Assembly (NCBI GenBank): GCA_022703745.1
Contig: JAKLDB010000001.1
Location: 1-51,766 of the forward strand
Length of the DNA: 51,766 nucleotides
DNA from: Patescibacteria group bacterium
Lineage (GTDB): Bacteria; Patescibacteriota; Kazan-3B-28
Reading direction: 5' to 3'
Part shown: positions 1 to 7,660 of the stretch, piece by piece
Layout: each line of letters opens with the position of its first letter
Numbering within the stretch: position 1 is the stretch's first letter
Notes under the pieces: generated by a model
Seen by the model: only the letters and a program-made list of their open reading frames with translations
Told to the model about the DNA's origin: nothing
The model's database searches: none
Program-made: the position numbers and the translations under genes

Positions 1-261
1 AGAGGGGAGTTTAGAAGTGCGGTAATGGCACTGAAGTTGGCGGAAGCGGAGATACTGAAAAACAAGGTTGGCGAGTCACCAGTTTATTTGTTGGACGATA
101 TTTTTTCCGAGCTGGATGAGGAGCGCAGAAAGAAACTCTCAGGAGTGCTTAAAGACGAGCAGGTGTTTATTACTACTAGTAATGAAACGGTTGAGAAGTT
201 GTTTGATAGCCCGGCGGTCTTTATAGTTGAGGGCGGGAAAATCAGCGTACCTGTTACTTAA
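1..261 (+). CDS. recF: RecF, C-terminal fragment (5' end outside window)
   Basis: Frame 1 is open from nt 1 (RGEFRSAVMALKLAEAEIL...). PVYLLDDIFSELDEERR followed by FITTS matches the RecF signature and Walker B/D-loop region. Stop codon at 259-261. Confidence 0.8.
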   Translation, partial: RGEFRSAVMALKLAEAEILKNKVGESPVYLLDDIFSELDEERRKKLSGVLKDEQVFITTSNETVEKLFDSPAVFIVEGGKISVPVT

Positions 262-1191
262 TCAGTGCTGACACATAGGGCAGTAGTGGGTGCCCCTTCC
301 AGCGACGCGGATTTTTGTGATGATGCCCTTGCAACTACGACAGGGCTGACCTTCGCGCTCGTAGACGGCGAGGTAGTTTTGCATTTTGCCCATCGAGCCT
401 TCGGGAGTGCGGTGGGTATTGATGCTAGTGCCGGAATATTTAATGCCTTTCTCTAAGACCTTTTTGATGGCGGCATAGAGTTTGGTGACCTCTGGTTTGG
501 TGATGGATCTGCCGAGGCGGGTGGGTTTTAGGCGGGCATAGAATAACGCTTCGTCGGAATAAATATTGCCAATGCCGGTGATCAAGGATTGGTCGAGGAT
601 GATGGCTTTGATGTTGGCTTTGGGGTGGCGCTGAATAGCACTCCATAAAAAGGGGGGAGTGAATTTTTTGTCGAAGGGTTCTAGTCCGAGTTTGGCGAAA
701 AACTTATCTTTAAAAACATCTTGGGTGGGGGTGAGTTTCACCCAGCCGAAGCGACGCTGGTCGTTGAAATAGAGATTGCCTTTAGATAATTCGAACCAAA
801 CCCGGGTGTGTTTGGAGGGCATGGCCTGGGAAAAGTTCTTATCGGGATGGCCGTAGTTGAGGCGCTTGCCGCCAGTGGTTCGGCCAGGCTTTTTGTCTTT
901 GGGAATATAGATGAGCTGACCGGTCATTTTGAGATGAATCAAAATCGAGTAGCCTTTATCTAAATCAATAATGATGCCTTTGCCGCGACGAGAAATTTTT
1001 TTAATGGTGCGTCTCAGGATTTCCTGGGGTATGGGGTAGGCGGTTTTGCCGCCGACTTTTTTGGACTTGGTTAGTTTAGGATTCCATAGAAAACTTTTAG
1101 CCGAAAGAATTTCGACATGTTTAATTTTCTGCCCGACAATGTGTCGGGAGAGACCTCGGACGACTGTTTCGACTTCGGGGAGTTCAGGCAC
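262..1191 (-). CDS. mutM: Formamidopyrimidine-DNA glycosylase (Fpg/MutM)
   Basis: 309 aa. The N-terminus (M)PELPEVE carries the catalytic Pro/Glu. The C-terminus has a zinc finger, CRSCKG...x16...YCPMCQ. The start codon is GTG (1189-1191) and overlaps the polA TAG stop by 1 nt. Confidence 0.9.
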   Translation of the reverse strand: MPELPEVETVVRGLSRHIVGQKIKHVEILSAKSFLWNPKLTKSKKVGGKTAYPIPQEILRRTIKKISRRGKGIIIDLDKGYSILIHLKMTGQLIYIPKDKKPGRTTGGKRLNYGHPDKNFSQAMPSKHTRVWFELSKGNLYFNDQRRFGWVKLTPTQDVFKDKFFAKLGLEPFDKKFTPPFLWSAIQRHPKANIKAIILDQSLITGIGNIYSDEALFYARLKPTRLGRSITKPEVTKLYAAIKKVLEKGIKYSGTSINTHRTPEGSMGKMQNYLAVYEREGQPCRSCKGIITKIRVAGRGTHYCPMCQH

Positions 1192-3359
1192 TACTTTACA
1201 GATTTAGTATCACCCCAGTTGGGGCCAGATTCGATATCCACATGGATAGGGACATCTAGTTGATAGACATTTTCCATTTTGTCTTTGACGAGTTTGGCGA
1301 CTTTTTTAATATCTTTGGTCGGGACTTCCAGTACTAGTTCGTCGTGGACCTGCAGGAGTATTTGGCTCTTAGGGCTGACTTTGGGTAGCTCCTTGGCAAT
1401 GGAGAGCATAGCGGCCTTCAGGAGGTCTGCGGCAGTACCTTGAACAGGCATATTGATAGCGGCTCTGGCGGCACCAGCTCGGACGGCGGGAATGTGCGAT
1501 TTGATTTCAGGGATATACCGACGGCGACCAAACAAGCTTTCGACATAGCCATGCTGTTTTGCAAAAGCGGAAGTATCTTCCATATATTGTTTGATTTCGG
1601 GATGGAGCTCGAAATATTTGTGGATGTAGTTGGTTGCTTGGTTGATAGTCATATTAGTACGGGCGGCAAGCCCGTAAGGGGAGACGCCATAGATGATGCC
1701 GAAGTTAATAACCTTGGCGTTGCGTCGCATCTCTTTAGTAACATCTTTTTGTTTGACCCCATTTACTTCGGCAGCAACGGTGGTGTGAATATCCTCGCCT
1801 TTATTGAAGGTACGAATCATTCGTTCGTCATGGGCGAGGGAAGCAATGACACGAAGTTCTATTTGGGAATAGTCGGCGGAGATTAAGCGAAAGCCTTTTG
1901 GAGCGATAAAGGCTTTACGAATCTCAGCACCAAGCTCTGACCGAATAGGGATATTTTGGAGGTTGGGGTTTTTAGAAGAAAGCCTTCCTGTAGAGGTGTC
2001 TTGTGCGTAGGTGGTGTGGATACGATTATTCTTGTCCACCATTTTCGGTAAGGTGTCGAGGTAGGTATTTTGGAGTTTGGTAAGCTGGCGGTATTCCAGA
2101 ATGTGTTTGATGACAGGATGTTCGCGGTAGATTTTTTCAAGCTCAGCAACACCTGTGGAATAACCTTTTTTGGTTTTGCCAATATCTAGGGTGGAGAGTT
2201 TAAGGTCTTTGAAAAGGAAGTCTGCGAGCTGGGCAGGGGAGCCGATGTTAAACTCCTTTTTTGAATATTTGTAGATATTTTTTTGGAGCTTCTGGGTGCG
2301 CTCGGTGATTTGCTCGTTTAGCTTGTTTAGTAGTTTAATGTCTAGCCAAATACCCGCCCTCTCCATCTTGCGGAGAATGGGGTCGAGTTTTTTATCGAGG
2401 TCTTTGGCGAGCTTGTTGTTCCCAGCGACAGTTTTTATTTTCTGTGGCTGGGACTTATTAAAAAAAGTTGGTTGTCCTCCCGTGGTCAGAGTGCCATTAG
2501 GGATTTTTTCGTAGAGAGTTCTGAAACCCATTCGGCGGAAGAACTCGGCAACACGGAATTTGTCGAAAGTAATTGCCTCTGCCTTTTCTAAATCTAGTTT
2601 GATCGGAACGTTGGTGTGGATAGTGGCTAGCCCTTGGCTTTTAATAGCATTCTTCTCATTCTTCTTTAGTTTTTCGGCAATGGTTGGAGAAATTTTATCC
2701 AAATTTTTGTAGATAGTCTCAAGATTTTCAAACTCTTGCAGAAGCTTTAGAGCGGTAATTTCGCCAATACCAGCGACACCTGGGATATTATCCGAAGGGT
2801 CGCCGCGCAGTCCTTTGAAATCGATAACCTGTCCTGGTTTAATTCCTTTAACTTTGAAAACTTCTTCGGGAGTGTAGGTGGTGATGTCTGAGAAGCTCTT
2901 GCGGGGAGCGTAAACGAAGGTGTGGTTGTTTACAAGCTGAAGGGCGTCCATATCTCCAGTAGCGATGTAGGTATCAATTTCGGTTGGTGCTTGTTTGGCT
3001 AATGTGCCGATAATATCGTCTGCTTCAAAACCGTCTTTAAGAAAGATGGGAATGTTGAAACTTTCGAGTAGTGCTTGGACTTCGGGGATTTGGTCGTAGA
3101 GTTCCTGTGGAGCTTTGATGCGAGTGGCTTTGTATTCGACATACTCTTTGTGACGGAAGGTTGGTGCTTCGGTATCAAAAGCGACCGCAATGTAATCCGG
3201 TTTGAGTTTGGTATAGATGTTTATAAGCATCACAGCAAACCCATAAATAGCACCGGTAGGCTGTCCGCCAGGAGAAGTGAGCTCGGCACGAGAGAAGGCG
3301 TGAAATGCTCGATGCACAAGCGAATTGCCGTCTATTAATACCAATTTCTTTTTTGCCAT
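1191..3359 (-). CDS. polA: DNA polymerase I with 5'-nuclease and polymerase domains but no 3'-5' exonuclease domain
   Basis: 722 aa from ATG 3357-3359 (MAKKKLVLIDGNSLVHRAFHA). The ORF-track TTG start at 3404 lies beyond a terminator hairpin, so it is unlikely. The 5'-nuclease motif GDPSDNIPGVAGIG is present. Pol A motifs DYSQIELRV, RRNAKVINFGIIYG and QVHDEL are present. Confidence 0.9.
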   Translation of the reverse strand: MAKKKLVLIDGNSLVHRAFHAFSRAELTSPGGQPTGAIYGFAVMLINIYTKLKPDYIAVAFDTEAPTFRHKEYVEYKATRIKAPQELYDQIPEVQALLESFNIPIFLKDGFEADDIIGTLAKQAPTEIDTYIATGDMDALQLVNNHTFVYAPRKSFSDITTYTPEEVFKVKGIKPGQVIDFKGLRGDPSDNIPGVAGIGEITALKLLQEFENLETIYKNLDKISPTIAEKLKKNEKNAIKSQGLATIHTNVPIKLDLEKAEAITFDKFRVAEFFRRMGFRTLYEKIPNGTLTTGGQPTFFNKSQPQKIKTVAGNNKLAKDLDKKLDPILRKMERAGIWLDIKLLNKLNEQITERTQKLQKNIYKYSKKEFNIGSPAQLADFLFKDLKLSTLDIGKTKKGYSTGVAELEKIYREHPVIKHILEYRQLTKLQNTYLDTLPKMVDKNNRIHTTYAQDTSTGRLSSKNPNLQNIPIRSELGAEIRKAFIAPKGFRLISADYSQIELRVIASLAHDERMIRTFNKGEDIHTTVAAEVNGVKQKDVTKEMRRNAKVINFGIIYGVSPYGLAARTNMTINQATNYIHKYFELHPEIKQYMEDTSAFAKQHGYVESLFGRRRYIPEIKSHIPAVRAGAARAAINMPVQGTAADLLKAAMLSIAKELPKVSPKSQILLQVHDELVLEVPTKDIKKVAKLVKDKMENVYQLDVPIHVDIESGPNWGDTKSVK

Positions 3360-3370
3360 ATGTATATTAT

Positions 3371-3395
3371 AAACCCCGACGCGGGGTCGGGGTTT
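3371..3395 (-). terminator. Intrinsic terminator hairpin downstream of the SIMPL gene, with a -10 box for polA in its T-tail
   Basis: aaaccccgac (3371-3380) pairs with gtcggggttt (3386-3395) across the loop gcggg. On the minus strand the stem is followed by TTTATAATAT. Confidence 0.5.
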
Positions 3396-3416
3396 ATTTA
3401 TCAAGACTAGATTGGG

Positions 3417-4247
3417 TTAGCGGATTCGGTAGACCAGAGTGACATTCACTTGGATGGCGAGACTTCCAGATTGGGTGTTTGGGGCGCTATCTACCGCACC
3501 ACCTCTACCACCGTAGCCATATAATGGGCCAGGGGTTTGGTTGTATTCGTTGATAGAGATCAATCGACCGAGACGGAAACCACCATCCTCGGCCATTTGC
3601 CTAGCTTTATCCTTGGCTTTTTTAATTGCTTCTTTACGGGCTTCGGCAACCTTGTCGTCTTGATTTTCAACAGTAAAGAGGAGTTGCCCGACCTCATTTG
3701 CTCCAGCGGCAGTTACCACGCTTAATACCTCATCGGTCTTGTTTAAGTCACGAATGGTAACCTCAAGACTATGGCGACCGGTATATCCGGTTATACGAGT
3801 TCCAACTGTAGAGGAGTAAGTTTGATCTGGATAGATGTTGTAATCTACAGTTTTGATATCCGCTTCTTTCACGCCGGTTCCCAGAATAGCAGCCGTAATC
3901 TTGTCCGAAGCGCTGGATAGTTGGCTTTCTACTTCGGCAACAGTTTTACCGGTCTTCATTACACCCACATTAACTTTGGCAATGTCCGGTGTGGCATATA
4001 CAGTAGAGTCGGCATTGACAGTGAGTCCTTCCATCTGACCAGTAGTTACTGGGCGAGAACCGTAGGCAAATAGACCTGCAGCGGCAATAACGAGAATGAG
4101 TATGGCGAGGGTTAGTCCAACGTTTCGGTTGCCAGAAGGAAGAATAATGGACGGTTTGGGGGTGACTGGCGGTGCTGGAGGAGGAGTGAAGCTAGTCCCA
4201 GGTTGCTGGGGTTCGACTGGATTGAGATTTTGGTCAAATTCAATCAT
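3417..4247 (-). CDS. SIMPL/DUF541-family envelope protein with an N-terminal membrane anchor
   Basis: 276 aa. A Pro-rich N-terminus is followed by the TM helix VGLTLAILILVIAAAGLFAY. The C-terminal part (KVAEARKEAIKKAKDKARQMAEDGGFRLGRLISINE...LAIQVNVTLVYRI) reads like SIMPL/DUF541. Confidence 0.65.
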   Translation of the reverse strand: MIEFDQNLNPVEPQQPGTSFTPPPAPPVTPKPSIILPSGNRNVGLTLAILILVIAAAGLFAYGSRPVTTGQMEGLTVNADSTVYATPDIAKVNVGVMKTGKTVAEVESQLSSASDKITAAILGTGVKEADIKTVDYNIYPDQTYSSTVGTRITGYTGRHSLEVTIRDLNKTDEVLSVVTAAGANEVGQLLFTVENQDDKVAEARKEAIKKAKDKARQMAEDGGFRLGRLISINEYNQTPGPLYGYGGRGGAVDSAPNTQSGSLAIQVNVTLVYRIR

Positions 4248-4258
4248 AGGTAGTTTTC

Positions 4259-5602
4259 TTAAGTAGTATGTCTAACAATTGATTCTAGCAGATTTTGAGC
4301 AAACTGGCGCTCATTGTAGGGGATAAGACCTTTTTTGGTGGCCATTTTAGTCTGGGCTCCCATCGCTAGGAGCATAACGGTATCTTGGGACTTGGCTATC
4401 TGAAAGGCTTTTACTAGAGCATCTTTGCGGTTGGGCACGGTAAAGAGATTAACGCTTTCCCGGAAGTTGGGTGGAATACCTTTTTTGATCGATTCAATAA
4501 TATCTAAAGGGTTTTCGCTACCCGGATCCTCCTCGGTGAGGATGATGGTATCGCAGTACTTACTAGCTACTTCGCCCAAAAGAGGGCGCTTAAGTTTATC
4601 TCTATCACCAGCACTACCAAATACGGAAATTAATTTGCCTTTGGTAAATGTACGTGCGGTAGAGAGCGCTTGGGTGAAGCCGTCTGGGGTGTGGGCGTAA
4701 TCTACGATGACAGTAAAAGGTTGTTTTGCATCAATACGTTCCATTCTTCCCGGCACGGTAGTAACTTTTTCTAATCCCTGCTTTATATTGTCGAGGGTAA
4801 TACCTAGAGCTAGTGCTGCGCTAATGGCGGCAAGGGCGTTTTGCACATTGAAATTGCCTGGGAGATGAAGGTGAATCGTAATATCTCCGAGCGGTGTTGA
4901 TATATCAAAGACAGTCCCTGTTTCATCTTCGCTAACAATTTTTGCGGAGACGGTGTTGCTAGTGGTGGTAGTGCCTAAAAATTCATTTACCGAGTAGAGG
5001 TAGGTTTTGTCGGCGGCAATCTGAGTGAAGAATTGAGCAGAAGGATCGTCTGAGTTAATTACTGCTACCTTCGGTGTATTGGTTTTGCGACGAGAAAGGA
5101 AAAGCTTTTGAAAAAGTTTGAGCTTGGCATCTCTGTAGTCTTCAAAGGTAATGTGAAAGTCGAGGTGTTCTGGGGTTAGGTTGGTGAATACAGCCAAGTC
5201 GTAATCTACTCCAATGACTCGGTGTTGGGCGAGGGCGTGGGAGGAGGTTTCTAGGATGGCATAGCGACATTTTGCAGAAGCCATTTTGCGAAGGAGCTTT
5301 TGGAGCTGGAAGGGACTGAAGGTGGTCATTTTAGTTTCATTAATCCAGCGGTTTTTCCCCAACCAGAAGTTTACAGTAGTAGCGAGCCCTACTTTTTCTC
5401 CTGCTTCCTCTAAGATATTGGCAAGTAGATTGCAGGTCGTAGTTTTGCCGTTTGTTCCGGTGACGCCAATAACTACCATTTTTCGAGAGGGGAATCCAGC
5501 AAGAGCCGCTGCTCCTATCCCGCGTGTTTTATGGTAGGTTTCATACAGTGGAGAAGAGGGGGAGAAGGTTTTGCCGAGAATTTTTTTAATAAGTTTTTTC
5601 AT
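4259..5602 (-). CDS. Mur ligase family, MurE-like (UDP-MurNAc-L-Ala-D-Glu:diamino acid ligase)
   Basis: 447 aa from ATG 5600-5602 (MKKLIKKILG), placed directly after the upstream stop. P-loop VIGVTGTNGKTTT is present, as are Mur central and C-terminal domain motifs. The position of the DAP-specificity motif reads TEEDPGSENP instead of TxDNPRxExP. Confidence 0.75.
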   Translation of the reverse strand: MKKLIKKILGKTFSPSSPLYETYHKTRGIGAAALAGFPSRKMVVIGVTGTNGKTTTCNLLANILEEAGEKVGLATTVNFWLGKNRWINETKMTTFSPFQLQKLLRKMASAKCRYAILETSSHALAQHRVIGVDYDLAVFTNLTPEHLDFHITFEDYRDAKLKLFQKLFLSRRKTNTPKVAVINSDDPSAQFFTQIAADKTYLYSVNEFLGTTTTSNTVSAKIVSEDETGTVFDISTPLGDITIHLHLPGNFNVQNALAAISAALALGITLDNIKQGLEKVTTVPGRMERIDAKQPFTVIVDYAHTPDGFTQALSTARTFTKGKLISVFGSAGDRDKLKRPLLGEVASKYCDTIILTEEDPGSENPLDIIESIKKGIPPNFRESVNLFTVPNRKDALVKAFQIAKSQDTVMLLAMGAQTKMATKKGLIPYNERQFAQNLLESIVRHTT

Positions 5603-5603
5603 A

Positions 5604-6608
5604 TTATTTACTAAAAAGACGATATAGTTTGTATATAAAAGGATTGGTGGGAAGTTCAAGTGTTCCAAGGTACTCTATTTCTTCTCCGGCAAATCCACGT
5701 TTAAATCTAGTAAAACCGGCCCAAGGATGGGTGGGACTAGGATCTATTCCCCAGAAGTCGTAGTTGCTAAACCCACGTTCGCGAGCGTCTTTTATAGCGG
5801 TAAATTGGAGTAGGTGGGGAGCCATGAGTTCGCGGTAACGATTGTCCGAAGAACCGTGGACGTAGGTTGCAGATTTGCCAAAATAATTTACTAGAATTGC
5901 AGCCAATATTTCATTGTTACGACGAGCAACCCAGAGATCTTGCATACCGATAGGGTGCAATATGGAGTATTGGAGTTGGTAGTAGTGGTCGGAGTGAGGA
6001 GAAAACCCTTGGCGAGTAGATGTTTCGCGAGTGAGTTTTAGAAACGTCTGAAAGTCTTCGGGGTGGTCTGATTTATTTATGGTTATTTCATGACGTTCTG
6101 CCAAGTGGATATTGTACCGAGTTTTAGACTTCATCCGGTTCAAGAGTTGTTCGGGGCTAGGAGAGAGATCGAGAATGGATGAGTGGCGTGGTTGGATATT
6201 TTTACGGTTGTGTATAAATTTCTGAGAGGTATAAAAACGCTCTATAGCAATGTCTGTGATCTTAGCGGGCGGATCTATCCGGAAGAAAATAGTTTTTTCT
6301 TCTTTCGCAATCCTTTGTATTTCTGCAAGTAATATAGAGGCAGCTGTCTGAGCGATAGATAGGGGCTGACTTTTGTCTATAAGTTGTCCGCGAGGAGAGT
6401 AGAGGATAGATTGTCCGAATCCTAAGCTTAATTTGATTACTAGAAGTTCGGCCACTATATCGTTGTTGTCCTCAACTACTAGTCTCCATATTTTGTTGCC
6501 AAGTTTTTCTTGAAAATCTCCCCATGCCCAGCTTTGCAAAAAATGACCAGATGGGCTGCTGGTGAGATAGGAGTCCCAAACGGTAGGTGTGGCAACGGCT
6601 AACCTCAT
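5604..6608 (-). CDS. FemAB/FemX-family peptidoglycan interpeptide-bridge aminoacyltransferase
   Basis: 334 aa. FLQSWAWGDFQEKLG near the N-terminus and YDFWGI...GFTRFKRGFAG near the C-terminus are typical FemX-like blocks. Only one nt separates its stop from the murE-like start. Confidence 0.7.
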   Translation of the reverse strand: MRLAVATPTVWDSYLTSSPSGHFLQSWAWGDFQEKLGNKIWRLVVEDNNDIVAELLVIKLSLGFGQSILYSPRGQLIDKSQPLSIAQTAASILLAEIQRIAKEEKTIFFRIDPPAKITDIAIERFYTSQKFIHNRKNIQPRHSSILDLSPSPEQLLNRMKSKTRYNIHLAERHEITINKSDHPEDFQTFLKLTRETSTRQGFSPHSDHYYQLQYSILHPIGMQDLWVARRNNEILAAILVNYFGKSATYVHGSSDNRYRELMAPHLLQFTAIKDARERGFSNYDFWGIDPSPTHPWAGFTRFKRGFAGEEIEYLGTLELPTNPFIYKLYRLFSK

Positions 6609-6654
6609 ACCTAGGATTTTACCAAAAAATGCGCTTCAGGACTATTGTTTTTAG

Positions 6655-6663
6655 TGATATAAT
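6655..6663 (+). promoter_or_regulatory. Extended -10 element (TGaTATAAT) upstream of tsaD
   Basis: TATAAT at 6658-6663 is preceded by TG at 6655-6656. The tsaD ATG is only 10 nt downstream and has no Shine-Dalgarno sequence. Confidence 0.35.
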
Positions 6664-6673
6664 GCTCTGGTAA

Positions 6674-7657
6674 ATGAAAATTTTAGCTATTGAAACATCT
6701 TGTGATGATACTTCGGTGGCGGTACTGAAGGGTGGAGGCGAAAGGGCTTTAGTGCTAGCTAGTTTGGTTGCTTCGCAAGAAAAACTACATGCTCGTTTTG
6801 GCGGAGTAGTTCCCGAGGTTGCATCGAGAAGACATTTAGAGACTATTTATCCGCTAATCGAGTTGGCATTAAAAAAAGGCAAGCTCGCGGTGGTGAAAAT
6901 TGATGCTATTGCGGTAACGACCAACCCAGGACTGTTAGGCTCTTTGTTGGTTGGGGTGAGTGCGGCTAAGACCTTAGGGTATTTGTGGAACAAGCCGGTT
7001 ATTGGGGTTAACCATTTGCTGGGACATATCTATGCTGGTTGGCTGGGGGGAGAGAAGGTGGAATATCCCTTGGTTTCTTTGGTAACGAGTGGAGGACATT
7101 CGGAGATTATTTTAACAAAACATACTGGGGAATATATATATGTAGGCGGAACGAGGGATGATGCTGCTGGGGAAGCTTTTGACAAAGTAGCAAGAACTCT
7201 TGGCCTCGGTTATCCGGGTGGGCCGGCTGTATCTAAAATTGCTCAAACGGGAAAGAGGGGGAAGATAAAACTGCCACGTCCAATGATTGATGAAAACAAT
7301 TTTGATTTTAGTTTTTCGGGACTCAAAACAGCGGTAACTCGCTTGAATGGAAAACCTGCAGATATTGCTTATGAGTTCCAGGAAGCAGTGGCTGAGCTAC
7401 TAGCTAGTAAACTTTTTGCTGCGGTTGAAAAGTATAGGGCTAAGACGGTACTTATTGGCGGGGGAGTGGCGGCAAATAGAAGACTTAGAGATGAGGTGGC
7501 GGGATTGGCGGAAAAGAGGAAGGTAAAATTAATTATTCCAGAGTTTAAATATTGTACAGACAATGCGGCAATGATTGGGATGGCGGCTCTTTCCAGAACC
7601 TCTTCTCTAAAAGGAGAGAAATACAAGTGGTACAATGCCAATGTGGTAACAGATTAG
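6674..7657 (+). CDS. tsaD: tRNA N6-adenosine threonylcarbamoyltransferase TsaD
   Basis: 327 aa. MKILAIETSCDDTSVAV, VNHLLGHIY and SGGHSEI are the Kae1/TsaD metal-binding and ASKHA blocks. Confidence 0.9.
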   Translation: MKILAIETSCDDTSVAVLKGGGERALVLASLVASQEKLHARFGGVVPEVASRRHLETIYPLIELALKKGKLAVVKIDAIAVTTNPGLLGSLLVGVSAAKTLGYLWNKPVIGVNHLLGHIYAGWLGGEKVEYPLVSLVTSGGHSEIILTKHTGEYIYVGGTRDDAAGEAFDKVARTLGLGYPGGPAVSKIAQTGKRGKIKLPRPMIDENNFDFSFSGLKTAVTRLNGKPADIAYEFQEAVAELLASKLFAAVEKYRAKTVLIGGGVAANRRLRDEVAGLAEKRKVKLIIPEFKYCTDNAAMIGMAALSRTSSLKGEKYKWYNANVVTD

Positions 7658-7660
7658 AAT

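Noticed and set aside
3360-3404. Longer N-terminal extensions offered by the ORF track: polA TTG 3404, murE-like 5668, VirB6-like TTG 19134, trpS 32373, clpC 47305.
   Set aside because: The extensions run through terminator hairpins, promoter hexamers or the upstream gene, and contain no conserved residues. Internal ATGs coincide with the conserved protein N-termini.
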